From Asterias rubens (taxonomy: Eukaryota), in NCBI RefSeq assembly GCF_902459465.1, contig NW_022985743.1:1-63139 (forward strand): DNA of 63,139 nucleotides, in the 5' to 3' direction. Below, one piece after another: positions 21,101 to 34,341 of the stretch. Numbering within the stretch: the first letter of the stretch is position 1; each line of letters starts with the position of its first letter. The position numbers were made by a program, and so were the translations under genes. Under the pieces are notes generated by a model. It did no database searches, had not been told where the DNA came from, and saw only the letters and a program-made list of their open reading frames with translations.

Positions 21101-24100
21101 TTTTCTTTTTTTTGCATTATGGATTTTATACCACAGGTCATATTGTTTTATACAATATTTTCTATGAAGTGTTTACAGTGTGCACATCAATTGTTGCTGA
21201 AAGCCCAAATGGTAAGGGAAACATTTCACTTTTTGCTTTTTAGCACAAAATCAAAACATCATTGCACAAGTGTAATTTTAAATGACTTGAACAAAGAAAA
21301 CTTGACAAGAGGGGGATTTGAACTAACGCAATCTCAGTGTTTATGTGATTTGAGGCACTGCATGGCGAGGTTCACGTACAAACACACGACACACGATCTG
21401 TACATTCAGTACAAACCAAATTTACAAGCTTAGTTTAGTTATTGCAATGCTTAATTGCTGGATGAAACAGTTATCTGTTCACCCCCAAGAGCTAAAGGCT
21501 CTGACTAGAACCTATACTTCAGCTTGTTGGACCATGTAGCATAACAGGTATCTCAATGTGCTGGTAAACTGAATGAAGAGTCAAGAAACTTAAATCTTTA
21601 AATCATTTTTCTTACATTTCAGGAACACTTTTCCATTCACGTAATCTTGATTTTGGATTGTTTCTTGGGTAAGTAAATACAGCTGGTTAGAAGTGTGCAC
21701 TTTTTGCAATCAATCAATCAATCATACAGAATTTATAAAGCCCTAAAATCAAAGGTTTGTTCAAAAGGCGCTGAGGCACAGAAGGGTGAATACGTCATTG
21801 ATGGTAGACTTCTGAAACAAGTGGGCTTTTAGAAGTGTCTTAAATGTGTTGAAGGATATTGTGTTCCAGGGTCACCTCAAAAGAGATTCACACATGGTGC
21901 TACCGCAAACCTTACCTTAGAACCATTCAACACTTGTTTGTACTGAATTGTTCAAATGATTTCCCTTGTGCCTTTGTAATTTCAACCGTTGTAGATGGGA
22001 CATCAAGACTGAGAAGTGGGCCCTGACAGAGAAGCTGAGACCATTAATTGTTAATGTTGACTACCAAAGAAAGGGGAAAACTGTCGCTAAAGCTGTACAC
22101 TTTGCCGGCTACATCGGTGTTCTGACAGGAATTAAACCTGTAAGTAAAATAATGGTAGAGGTAGAGAAACCTTTGATGAAACATAATTTTTCAATTCAAT
22201 TCAAAATTATTTCCATACTTCATGCAACCTGCGGCGAGTACCACAGACCTTGAAATTTACCCACTGTATTCAACATCTTTGTGACATATTTTTCTACTGG
22301 GGAGAATGTCACAACAGTGCAGCAGGACTTGCAATCAAAACGCTGTTGGTTCAAATCCCCAAGCTATCTGCTGATTTCACTATGACGGTAATAAGTATTG
22401 TCAACTACATGTATTAACTGACTCAGAGTTGATGGATTTGTGCTATTCATAATCATAGATGTTAAACCAATGTTCGTATGAGAGAGATTGGCTGTTGCCA
22501 GCTTGGTGTTCTTATCCCCTTGTGGGATTTTTGCAGACTTCCCTTGATGGGAAGATCATCTAAAAAAAAAAATAAACAAACAAACAAACAAACAAGGTTT
22601 GAGAAGTATCAAACATCAAATTTTGTTTCAGAACCACCACCTCTCCAAAGGAAATTTATTTGTCGAAATTGTGTTTTCCCTTTTCACAAGATGTGGAGAT
22701 TGAAATCTTCCTAAATATGCATTTAAACACATAGTCTTTTTTGGCTTCATCTACCAGGGTATTCTGACACTGACTATGAATGAGCGTTTCAATATTGATG
22801 GAGGCTTCTTGGGTGTTCTAGAATGGTTTCTGGGTCAAAGATCAGAGCAATGGATGGGATTCTTCCTCCGCGATACACTCGTAGGAGCAATAGAGTAAGT
22901 GGTTCTACATTGAGTACAGCTACTTTTGCACAAAAACATGTTCATTTTTTTTATGGAAGAGTGTAATAGTGGCATTGTAATAGTGGCTTCTTATGTACAT
23001 GTACATGTAGCCCTCAGTTGCTCGGGAAAACTTTAACATTCAGTATTTTCTAAGCTGTAAGGTATTGTATAGCTTGAAGTATGAAACCTATTCCTTTACA
23101 TAGGACGATGTAAGGGTTTAAGGTGCTGTGGAGCAATGTGCTGCCAATCAAACCAGGAACACCGGGGCAAACTCGTTCTCTTTACGATAAGAGTACTGGA
23201 TTCTTTTAGGTGCATTACACCACACACGATACCAACGGCTTTAAATCCCATCTGAAAAACGAAGCACTTATAAAGTGTCTTACTTAAAGACACGTGAGTC
23301 ACGACCGGGACTCCAAACCACACTCTGCTGAACAGAAACCCCAGAGCTTGAGTTCAGTGCTCCTACTTGCTCGGCCACGACACGCCACAAGTATTGCTTC
23401 CTTCTATGGTACTTCAGTATTTTATGTTGTCCTTTGGTTGGGCTTTTGGTGATAATTTGCCTTTAGTTTCTCATTTTATCTTCAAGCCTATGAGAGAGAT
23501 ACTGTTGAAGATAGTTAAGCTCATGAAATGCTCTCAATTTCACTTTCAGTTACAACAGTACAAAGAACAGGGTTGTCAATGCCAAGCTTTTGTCCCCAGG
23601 CTACGTCATAATTGGAGGCAACAAGACAGGAGAGGGCGCTATCATTGTCCTTGATCGAAAGAAGAAAGCTTACGTTGAAGAGTAAGTATTTTAATGCTAG
23701 CATTATGTGTTGATGCTGTGGGCCCATTTTCAAAGAGCTATTCAAGCACAAAAACTGTTCCATCTGTGACTGGTATCCTGCTCAGTTTTTGCTTAATCTG
23801 GGTTTTTCTACACTTCGCTCATATGACCCTGGCAAAGAATCCAATACTCATTGAACCCGTCCTTATACAGCAGAATGTGAGCCTTTTATTGTATTCTTCA
23901 AGTCTTAAAGATTATGTTATGAAAACACCTGTGGGAAATGTTATTATGTTTGAATCAGTTCAAACACAAATGCTTGTATTTAAGGCTGAAATTGGATTGT
24001 ACCAGCAGCAAATTTACACATAGTAATGTTTCACATAATCCCTTGATTATCACTTGAATTCATATCTTTCCGAGTTTCAGAAAAGAAATTGATAACCAGA

Positions 24101-24862
24101 GCTTCTTTTTATATCTTGCTGCATCCAGATTGGATCCAAAGAATGGGAAGTGGTTCCTGGTTCAGACCAACTATGATCCTATTGAGAAACCACCATTCTT
24201 TGATGATAGAAGAACACCAGCAACCAAATGTATGACCAACACAACTCAAAAGGTAGGAATGCTACTCTTAACCTAAATCAACACTGGAAGACGAGTCCTG
24301 TAATTGGTGGTTGGTTTTAACCATGCTGTTTGTACTAATGACCGTATCTCTTCTTTTGCAGGCTTTGGATTATAGTTCTGTGTACAATGTTTTGTCAACA
24401 AAGCCAGTTCTTAATTTGGTGAGTTTCAATTATAAATGCATGGATTTCCCTTAACTTTGTTAATAAATGACTAGCCAGCAGGAAGCTTATAGTTTCACTA
24501 GTCCGCATTTCATGAAAAAATAGGATTGCCTGTTTGCACTGAAAGCTAGCTGGACCATATTTGTGACTGGCCCTTGGGTATTTCAACTGCCATTTGGCCA
24601 GCAGACCACTGTTAAAGAATAACGCTGAGGAGGAGGGGGGGGGGGGGGAGTCTGGGTGGAACCTAGAAATGTGAGGAGCCTGTCTAACAAACATACTATT
24701 CCAATGTTGAAAACAAATCTTTGTTAAGTAATAGTGTTAACTTTTCTTTTGTTCTTTCTTTGTACACAATAGTTGACAACATACACCGCTATGATGCAAG
24801 TCAACACAGGTTACATGGAGACTTATATTAGGGACTGCCCCCAACCCTGCTTCCCATGGTAA
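18140..24862 (+). CDS. ASAH1: Acid ceramidase (N-acylsphingosine amidohydrolase), ~397 aa, 12 exons
   Basis: Exons 18140-18214, 19166-19309, 20193-20282, 20758-20836, 21137-21211, 21623-21668, 21995-22139, 22758-22894, 23550-23681, 24129-24252, 24362-24418, 24773-24862 (1194 nt, all GT-AG). Signal peptide; autocleavage site and nucleophile EVFTV|CTSIVA; SRNLDFG, QTNYD, FFDDRR; C-terminus DCPQPCFPW. Confidence 0.96.
18847..19036. mobile_element. Degenerate MITE, same family as 41311-41519 in opposite orientation
   Basis: GGCAGAGTTGTGCAGAAAGGCATTTGAGAGGCTCACGTGTTCTTGC matches the reverse complement of GCAAGAACATGTGAGCCTCTCCAATGCCATTCTGCACTACTCTGCC at ~41352-41398. Confidence 0.7.
23100..23383 (-). 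mobile_element. tRNA-derived SINE in ASAH1 intron 8
   Basis: Minus strand GTGTCGTGGCCGAGC...AGCACTGAACTCAAGCTCTGG...GGTTTGGAGTCCC head, then AAAGCCGTTGGT...GCACCTAAAAGAATCCAG body shared with 33808-34070. Confidence 0.8.
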
Positions 24863-25633
24863 CAACAATCTATTCCAATGAAACTGCAGTGGCCTTCTTA
24901 TCTTAACATTGTATGAACCACAATTAAGTACACTTTTTGTAAAACTATATCATTCCATGACCAACCGTGTATAACTCTGCAAATTATAAACTTGTTTCTA
25001 ATCAAAAAATGAAATAAGGGTTCAGAATATTTACAGGAAAAATCGATGGCTACGCTGCAAAAACAAGAATCAATTTGTTTAAAAAAGTCCGTAATTTTGT
25101 ACTTTTTATAGTATGACAATAAACAATTAAAACTCCACAATTATGGCTGCTAATTTTGACATTCATGTACATCAATCCACAGCTGTCCTACGCCAGTCTT
25201 TTATTCCATTTACTGTGATGCAAATACACCAGTGCTCATTTCCTCTTTGCATCTAAGGTATCTTTGACTAATGATGTTCACACATACTCAAACAAAATGT
25301 GACCCAGCCGGTGAAAACCACTAGTACAGGACTTATCAATAGGCGTAAATAAAATGGTGTCGTAGCTTAGAGCAAGTGTGGCCCACTGGGTTTACCTAGA
25401 AATAACTTAATAATTAAAATAATTCCTTTCAAAAGCTCTTTACAATTGATCTAAGGTTGGCACAGCCATAAATTCACCCTGGAAAAATGTGACTGTCTAA
25501 TAATTTAAAAAAGATGATCTGGAAAAGGGCAACTGTTTATACCACCAACCCAACCAAGATACAGATTTACATTCCTTTTTGAAATCACAGTGAAGGGCAA
25601 CACACATCAAGTACATGAAGTACTCGTTGTTAA

Positions 25634-25997
25634 AGCCATTGGACCCTTTTTTGTTCACAGTATTTTCCAAGGCCCACACTTCGTGTATCACAACTTCTAT
25701 ATAGAATAACAAACCTGTGGAAATTTAGGCTCAATCGGACATCAGAGTCAGGAGAAAATAACGGGAAAACTCATCCTTGTATCCGCACGTTTCGCTGTGT
25801 CATGACATGTGTTTAAAATAAATCCGTAATTCTCGCTATCGAGAATTGATACTGTTTTACTGTTTTCTCAAAAAGTAAAGCATTTCATGGACTAATATTT
25901 CAAGAGAAGTCTTTCACCACAACCTTCTGTAAACCCTGTAAGTTATTTGTAAATCTGTGAACTTTTTTTTTTTCTGTACCGAAAGGGTCCAATGGCT
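25634..25997. mobile_element. TTAA-flanked MITE family 2
   Basis: TTAA|AGCCATTGGACCCTT...AAGGGTCCAATGGCT|TTAA, perfect 15-bp TIR. Reverse-orientation copies at 35821-36181 and 53694-53920. Confidence 0.92.
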
Positions 25998-26755
25998 TTA
26001 AAGCTCAAAATTTATATTATATATAATTCCACAAAAATTTTATTCTATATTTGTGTATACATGTACTCAATGCTGAATTTGAAACAGATATTCGTGTTAT
26101 TTTTTTCTAATTATATATAAAATTCGCATATTGCCATAATTTGAATTATATTTTAATTATATGCTTACCTAATTGTTATTTAAATTAAATTACAATTTGA
26201 GTATTTAAAATGTAATATATTGATCGATTTATTTAATTTCAGAATATATATTTTAATATTAAAATTATTAACTCTAACGAAATCAGGATGATAATAGGAT
26301 TGTGAAATTTTCATAAGAACTTTGTAATTTAATTCACTGAAATTTTGAAATGCTACCTAGCTGGATGGAATAAACTGATTTTCTGTGAAAGTTATGTAAA
26401 TTTTGTTCTGGTTTTATTTCTTTGTTTGAAAAAGTTCTGTTATTAGCATGGTATCTAAAGTTTTGTCTATCACCTGTTGGATTATAACTTTTTGAGCCGT
26501 GTGCAACTACAATGGTCTTGTTGAAGTAGGTGCACCGCCCACATTTCACTGTTTACTGTTGTCACTGCGACCACCTGACCTACGTATACCAGGTGGTGTG
26601 TCACGTGTGTGATAACGTGACCCACGCACACGTCATCCAACGGGACTTTTATTGTTTTGCTGGACGCGAATGGTGTGTGAAGAAACTGACATTTTCATCT
26701 CTGAAATACATCATACTTGATTTGCAAGAAGCTTCTTTAGATACGTTACTTTAAC

Positions 26756-28762
26756 ATGGCGACACAGGTCAGCATTTTAATATCATTTTGAGTAAAGCAA
26801 CATACTGATTTATATGCTTTGCACAATTTAGTTTGTGTGCACAAAAATGTGTGCATATATAGCCATACCATAGGCTAGACCCAGTAAAAAAATGAGTAAC
26901 TGGGGCGCTGTACTCCTTTTTTTCAAATTTTGACATTATTTGGGGCACTGTACTCCTTTTTTCGAATTTTGACATTCTCTAAATGTCAAAATTCGAAAAA
27001 AGGAGTACAGCGCCCCAGTTACTGGGTCTACTCTAGCCATATATAGGCATAGTATTAGTAACAGTTCATGTAGTTTGTGCAGATTCATGTTTATAATAAG
27101 TTATGTTACTCTAGTTAGAACTATATTCTAATAATAGAGTATAGTTTGTTATAATTTATCTTTCATGACTGTACGTCGTAAACATTGCGGTCAAAGATCA
27201 TGTAGTGCTGTAGACCTAGTGACTGGGCGCTATATTCCTTTTTTCGATGTTTTGACATCAATAGAATATTGGTCATCTAGCATGACCGATAATGTCAAAG
27301 TTTTGAAAAAAGGAATCTAGCGCCCCAGTCACTGGGTCTAGGTAGTAGTAGTACTGCAGGTGCAAGATATGCTTTTGGGATGAAATGTAAAGTATGGAAT
27401 AACCGTGGAATTTGACGCAACTTTTTGGATGCAACAAAAACATTCATACAATAACAATGATCTGACTGTGCAGACAATGACCTATTATTATTAATTATCT
27501 CATAATATCTCAACAGAAACATGTTTTTGGATGCATGTTTTTGGATGCAACAAAAACATTCATACAATAACAATGATCTGACTGTGCAGACAATGACCTA
27601 TTATTATTAATTATCTCATAATATCTCAACAGAAACATGTTTTTCAAGTGGAAATGACTTGTGAGGGCTGCTCCGGGGCTGTGACTCGAGTTCTCACCAA
27701 GCAAGGAGGTAACGATCCATTCTGATTTAACAATAGTTACCTGTGGTGCTCATAATTATGGTTTGATGCCAATGCACCATATTTTTGACAGCATGAAGGG
27801 GGCACTCAGTCACTTCTGGGGGTATATTCAGTCATACCCAAAACAGTTATTAAAGACTAGAACACATTACCACCACAGACATCTTAACCATCACAGACAA
27901 TAAGAGCTTTAAAGGAGCCATTATAATCCTCCTCTAAAGCAACTTCAAACTGCGGCGCAACAAAAATGACAGAATGCCTATTAAAACTTTGCAGGTTGAA
28001 TTGGGTATACCCCCGGAAGTGATAAAATACTATTGAGAGCGCCCTCAAGCATTAAAAAATACAGCATATTCAATTCGAATTACAAATTTTAGCCACACCT
28101 GGTCCGCTAAGAGCTAAATTTGATTTTGATTTTCATAGTTAGCTTTTTTATAAAATGATAGAGAATCCACATCCGTTTCACATTTTTACTAATAAATGTA
28201 ATAATGTCTGCATTCATTGCCCCTTTAGTTTTGAAATAAATGTATCCCCCCATACAATCGATTCCACAACTTGAGATGAATGCATTTACAGAACGAAGTA
28301 GACTTGTTGGAACTGCTCTATGACACAACATTTCTTATGTGGGACTTAAAGAATCATTTGTTATTCAGGGAAGTTGTGTGGCAGGCATCCTACAATGGTA
28401 TCCTACAATACTGTTGATTACAGAGTTTTGAATTTGCGTGGGCTAGCTCAAAACTCACATGGTGTTTTAGTGTGGGCTGGAAACTGTATCTGCTTAGCAG
28501 TTTCTTTTCTGTGCTGAGCAATTGTTAGCACGTAAAAACAGCTTCATGAAATTTGGCCTCAGGAAGAAGTAACCTTTAGTTTGTTACTTTTTTGTTATAA
28601 CAGCTCAATGTGGTTTTATATTTGACAGACAAAGTAGCAAAGTTTGACGTCAGCCTGGAGACACAGAAGGTTATCGTTGAGTCTGCCATGAGCTCCGATG
28701 AACTGTTGGCGATAATCAAAAAGACTGGAAAGCCCACCACATATGAAGGCATTACAAACTGA
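26756..28762 (+). CDS. ATOX1: Copper chaperone ATOX1, 73 aa, 3 exons (absent from the ORF track)
   Basis: Exons 26756-26767, 27633-27708, 28629-28762 give MATQKHVFQVEMTCEGCSGAVTRVLTKQGDKVAKFDVSLETQKVIVESAMSSDELLAIIKKTGKPTTYEGITN*. MxCxxC copper site and KTGK motif. Confidence 0.96.
26876..27340. mobile_element. Two hairpin MITEs in ATOX1 intron 1 (26876-27030 and 27211-27340); third copy ~30775-30862
   Basis: Arms TAGACC(C/T)AGT(A/G)ACTGGGGCGCT...TCCTTTTTTCGA and their reverse complements, ending AGCGCCCCAGT(T/C)ACTGGGTCTA. Confidence 0.85.
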
Positions 28763-29270
28763 AGATGACTCCTGGCATGTGGGATCAACTGCTGATTGCA
28801 TAGTTTTATAGCAAGCTTCATATTTATCCAGACACTACTGCTTTTTATTCATTAAACAAAACAGCATTTATCACCATACCAATAGAGATAATGGAAATAA
28901 TATATACAAGTACTGACAGTTGTCACTTTGTAGCCAGCAGAAAATCTAGTCAATTAATCGGTGGTATCAGACGTCACGTAGGCCCCCTACAAATTAATTT
29001 CTGCAAATAATACATGTCGCCCGTAAAAAGTGTGCTACCCCTTGTACAATTTGCATTATTAAGAATTTTGCAACAGTATCAAACTGATTGGAACATTTTA
29101 AAAATTAAATTATTGATAATCACAAATTTTCCTATGTGAAATGTGTCATTGGTTTACCCCAACAGTAGTGTCTCGATCCAGTACAGTTACTCTTGTTATA
29201 ACAAGGTTCAATTCAAATAATTCAAAATAAAGAAACACAAAGAAGACTATGAAATTTTGGAATTGATATT

Positions 29271-29402
29271 GGATAACTTTCCGTATGGCGCCACCACTTT
29301 TTCACTAATTTTTACAAAAAGGGTTATCTAATTGAGGTAAATAAGATACTATATTATTTCATATCGAATGAAAAAGTGGTGGCGTCATACGGAAACTTTT
29401 CC
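29271..29402. mobile_element. ~130-bp palindromic MITE family 3; copies at ~30895-31041 and ~38364-38531
   Basis: TIR GGA(T/A)AA(C/G)TTTCCGTATG(G/A)CGCCACCACTTTTTCA at both ends. The 38.4-kb copy is flanked by TA. Confidence 0.85.
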
Positions 29403-30369
29403 TTGATATCAAACCTCTTTACTATGTTTTGTTTATAAGCAGAGTTGACTGTATATTTTGACTGTTGGGTGGGTTGATTAAATCGGCCCTATTTATGGAG
29501 AAATTCTACTGGTTGCAGGCTAGAAAAACCTTGAAATGATCTTTGTGGAAGTGCAAGCTGTGACCAAAATAAGTTTTGGAAAGTCAGATTTTAGCTTGTG
29601 TATCTCTTGACTACGTCACTGTCTCTGCAACTTTTAAATAGCAGTACAGCTTAAAATGCATGGTATCAAATGCACAGGACACTTGGCTAATAAAACCCTG
29701 GTTATAAATCAGTTTATTTTTTAGAGTGAAACATTAAGACAAAATGTTAAGCTTTTACAAACCTTTCAGCTGTGCCTGTTGTTTAAAAGTATTCTTTTAT
29801 TAAGAATTCTCAAGGGGTAAATAAAAAAGAAAATCATGATACATCTCAAGTGTGTCTTTGTTAGTGTCATTGTGTTGAAAAGTTCTTTTTTTCATTGCCC
29901 TAACGTTAGCCCTAAGTTTGGACTCGGAATCATTGTTCTTATAAATTTATTTCCACCCTACAAGTCAATAACAAGGGTGAATGTATGCAGGCTTATAAAT
30001 GTCATACAAACTATCATAAACTAAGCTATTTGACTTTGATCTATATGTTGGGGTTGGATATTGACAAGCTGTTTAATATTTGACATTCATACAAAATAAA
30101 AACAAAAGTATTTTAATGATGTGCCCTTAGTTCATCTCGAATGTTTCTGGATACATTGTAACTTCAAAGTGTTCTCTTTAATACACCGTAGTGTAAACAG
30201 TTCGTAATCGGGACCATAGATCGTACATCGCCGTTAGCTAGCTGGCGGTGCTATACCACGCGGCGCTATATTATCCTCAATCGGGTCTCCTGCATTAGCA
30301 TACTGACAAGTTCCCAACTGCGAATGATAAGGAAAATCGTCCAACGCGTATGACATTTTGGCTGAAGAA

Positions 30370-33300
30370 ATGGCTTCAAACAGCTCCGCAAACGTGAGTA
30401 TTTTCACATATGTAACAGTTTTACTAATGGAAGACAAACAGCCAGGAACATGGGGATAATTTTTACAAGGAATATGAACATTATCAACTATTTATGAGCA
30501 AGATTTGATTGAGTGAAGTGAGTGCGATTTTTAGTGCATTTATTTGTATTGTTGTATTATTGTACGTTAAAGCATAGAGCTAGGATCTATATGGTTAAAG
30601 CATGGTCTGGCCCGAGGTAGAAGGCAGTGGACACTATTGCTTTTATTGGTAATTACTCAAAATAATTATTAGCGTAAAACCTTACTTGGTGACGATTAAT
30701 GAGAGAGGTTGATGGTATAAAACATTGTGAGAAACAGCTCCCTCTCTGTCTCTGTCTGGAGTCTGATGTGACAATGTGAGTGACTGGGGCGCTAGATTCC
30801 TTTTTTCGAATAATGTCAACATTTAGAAAAAAGGAATCTAGCGCCCCAGTCACTGGGTCTAGATGTGACATACATAGTTTTCAAGAAAGAAGTAGTTGGA
30901 AAAGTTTCCGTATGGCGCCACCACTTTTTCATTCGATATGAAATAATAATATAGTATCTAATATTATTTACCTCAATGAGATATCCTCTTTTGTAAAAAT
31001 GAGTGAAAAAGCGGTGGCGCCATACGGAAAGTTATCCCAACCATCTATTCTAAACTTCGTGTGACAAGAGTGTGTTTTTTTCTTTCATTATTATCTCGCA
31101 ACTACGACGACCAATTGAGCTCAAATTTTCACAGGTTTGTTATTTAATGCATGTTGAGATACATCAAGTGAGAAGACTGGTCTTTGACAATTACCAATAG
31201 TGTCAAAGTGTCTTTAACGTTTACGTTGGTTTAGTCAGCAGGATCAACCAAAAGTTTGGACGTAGTAATCAATGTTTTTGTGTACAAAAGGATGTCACTC
31301 ATTTAGACAAACTCGTCCATCGCGGGTCAGACAACTCGATGGCCTAAATAAAAAGTTGCATTCAACCATAAGACAAGTTCATTTCAAGTTAATAATAATA
31401 AATAGTTCATGTCAAGATCAAGTTCATGTTGAATTTTGATCAGACAACTCAACCGGTTGGACAACTCGGACGGTGGGTTGTCTATTAAACTTATGTCAGA
31501 TAAGCCGAAAGATGGCCACGACAAGTTGATGGATGGCCACGGTGTTCGGGTCACACCGGTGGCGGTCATGGCGGTGTACGTGTGTGCAGCAGCTGAGCTA
31601 TGCGGGGACATTAGCACAGTCATACTATACTGAATTGGCACACGTCGCGAGTCTCCTCAAGGGTTTGGTGGGGTGAAGGCCAAGGGACACATGCACACTT
31701 GGCAGCGGTGCATGAATGTCCGGGCTAAAGAGCGCTTGGACAGATTTCCGTGCACCAGAGACACGCAAAGATGACCGTCATGCACAAAGATTCGCATGTC
31801 TCAAAAACTCTCAGCAAACTGTGGCCAGCTGACGGCAAACGAGGCAGCCTAGTTTGTTTCTTTGTTCTTAAGTTGAATTGAAAATGTGTAATTCATCTGA
31901 AACTTGTTCATTTATTATTTTATGTATTTTTAGAGACCTGATGACCACAGGAGGAAGTGGGACAGGGATGAATTTGAGAAGATCGCTAAGGAGCGGTTGG
32001 ATAAGGAGGATGATGACAGTACTGAAAATGGTGAGTTCAACATTCAGATACATTCCTTCACAATGCCAAACATTGTACTAAAAACTTTCTTAATTTATTT
32101 GTTATGTGATAAACTGCGGGGAGAATTTTGTTCAATCATTTGCCATTCTTTCTTACTCTGCAAAACCAAAAAAAGCTTGGAACCCTTTTTCAAAGATACT
32201 TGTGATCATTTTAATTTAATTGCCCCCAAATAACTAATTTCAAAGTACCAGGTTGATCATGAATGCAGAATTTACCCGTGGGTGGTGAGAAGCATGTGTC
32301 TTGCTCAGGGGCACAAGCTGCTATAGGCTTCTCTTAAAAAGTTTTTATTGCTGTTAAATTTAAGAGAGGGATTACCAAATGTATACCTTCCCTTTAACAG
32401 AGAGAAAACGAAATGAGCCACCAATTAGACGAGAACTTCTCAAGCAAAGAGAGTACAAAGTTGACCTGGAGTCCCGCCTCGGCAAGTCACAGGTCATCAC
32501 TAAGACAACACCCTCATCACAGATGGGCGGGTACTACTGCAATGTGTGTGACTGCGTTGTTAAAGACTCCATCAACTTCCTTGATCACATCAACGGCAAG
32601 AAACGTAAGTACCAAGTTGCATAATGTCCCAAAATATGTTCACACTCATTAATCATAAATATTTGAGACAAACTTAAGTTAAATCAAATCTTTTCGTAGA
32701 CTATCTTTGTTTCATTTTTTTGTTTTTTTCTTTCGAAAAACTATGATTTGTTGATACAATCGGCAGTTGTTGTTTGCGTATCCAGATGAGAGCAATTTCT
32801 TGCAACGGGAGGCATCACTACCATCAGTAAAGTTGTGAAAAAGTAAAAACATTGTCAATGTGTGTTTGTGAAAAATTAGTGACAGTAGTCTGATTACCAA
32901 CCGTTAAGTACTTGGAAATACATCTGCCTATGGAGGTGAACACCAGACATGGACCAAAGTGTGGCCAGCCAATCTCGTGCCTGTTTTGCACTGGGGCTGC
33001 GCTTGTTTATAAATATTGTCACAGGCGGAAGTGATTTGATTTTTCATGGAAACATTTTAAGATTTGCAATGTCGTGAATTAGTTTAAGTCAATTCTTAGC
33101 TCTCAAGTGATTTTTGCCTAAGTCAAGTCAACTCACAAGTACTTTTTGCTCAAGTCAAGTCAAGTGACATGTAATTTTTTGTCCAAATCAAGTCAAGTCG
33201 CAAGACCACAAAATTGGTGACTCGAGTCATACTCGAGTCCAAGTCACCGACCAAAGTCAACAACACTACCAAATACAGCTTCTTTAAAATTCAACAATAC

Positions 33301-34341
33301 AAAAGACATTCCAACTGCTTTCTTTCCCTCCCATTCAAATTAGTGTAATAAAACTGAGGCTAGACGAATAGTCACATCCTTTTTTGTACATGTATATGGA
33401 AACAAACCAAAGAGAATCCCCAATGCGTAAGAACACTGTTTTTTATATGCGATACAAAATCAACCAATCTTGCCTCCATTTTGGTTTGCAGATCAACGGA
33501 ATCTTGGCATGTCCATGAAAGTTGAACGCTCTACCTTGGACCAAGTCAAAAAGCGTTTTGAGCTGAACAAGAGGAAGCGTGAAGAGAAAAAGAAAGATTA
33601 CGACTTTGAATCAAGAATGCAAGAACTCAGAGAAGAGGTAGGAAACATTCTTAAACTTGTAGAGGGGGGGGGGGGGCTTTTTTTTCTTTCTTCATACATG
33701 ATTAAATTTGCACAAGAATTGTTTTGTTTTTTAACCCCAGAAGAGTCACGTACAGTTGTTGCATTATGCCTCAGTTTTGACAGGTTATGAGTTCCTTGAT
33801 TTTGGAAGTGTCATGGTCGAGCGGTTAAGAGCACCAAATTCAAACTCTGGTGTTTCTTATCAGAGCCGGGGTTTGAATCCCCAGCCGTGCACCCTTGCTT
33901 CGTCCTTCGGATAGGACGTAAGCCGTTGGTCCCATGTGTTATGTTACGCATGTAAAAGATCCCAGTTCACTTATTGAAAAGAGAAGGGGTTCGCCTTGGT
34001 GTTCCTGGTCTGAACGGAAGCAAGCACCACAGCACCTTGTAAAATATAACATGGTGCTTTCTAAGGATTATGTCTCATTGCAGGAAATACTGTTACAGAG
34101 CCAGGAGCATCAGTGTGAGGCACATGTGTGCTGTATAAGAAGCAACAATTATTATTACCTTCATTCTAATAATTTGTTTGATTATGGTTTGATTTACCAG
34201 GAAGCCAAACAGAAGGCCTACAAAAGAGAGCAGAGGCAAGATAGAAAACGAAAGGCAGACGATGATGATTTGGATTCAGGTGTTGATCCTGATATGGCAG
34301 CCATGATGGGATTCTCAGGATTTGGTGGTGCAAAAAAGTAA
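30370..34341 (+). CDS. ZMAT2: Zinc finger matrin-type protein 2 (Snu23; spliceosomal B complex), 5 exons
   Basis: Exons 30370-30393 (MASNSSAN), 31934-32030, 32401-32604, 33492-33637, 34201-34341. [48 protein letters not shown] and [11 protein letters not shown] match the family. Confidence 0.96.
30621..31213 (+). mobile_element. MITE family 1 copy carrying two nested MITEs, ZMAT2 intron 1
   Basis: AAGGCAGTGGACACTATT...AATTACCAATAGTGTCAAAGTGTCT|TTAA with the hairpin MITE (~30775-30862) and family 3 (~30895-31041) inside. Confidence 0.85.
33083..33270 (+). repeat. CAAGTCAAGT-rich segment ending GACTCGAGTC...CAACAC; probable DNA-transposon subterminal remnant
   Basis: Repeated AAGTCAAGTC motifs and two CTCGAG palindromes; the opposite end was not found. 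Confidence 0.5.
33808..34070 (+). mobile_element. tRNA-derived SINE in ZMAT2 intron 4
   Basis: GTGTCATGGTCGAGCGGTTAAGAGCACC (A box)...GGTTTGAATCCC (B box), then GGACGTAAGCCGTTGGTCCCATGTG...GCATGTAAAAGATCCCAG. Degenerate relative at ~46340-46560. Confidence 0.82.

Noticed and set aside
12671-22594. Microsatellites (CT)n ~12675, (AG)n ~13722, (AAAC)n ~22572
   Set aside because: Short, ordinary simple repeats.
26530-26754. Possible exon or divergent gene upstream of ATOX1
   Set aside because: No recognisable product or partner exons on either strand; better explained as a CpG-rich promoter.
26835-26841. Metal-response element core TGCACAC (minus strand) in ATOX1 intron 1
   Set aside because: A single degenerate 7-mer is expected by chance.
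28576-28821. Minus-strand ORFs of 61-81 aa
   Set aside because: Antisense shadows of ATOX1 exon 3.
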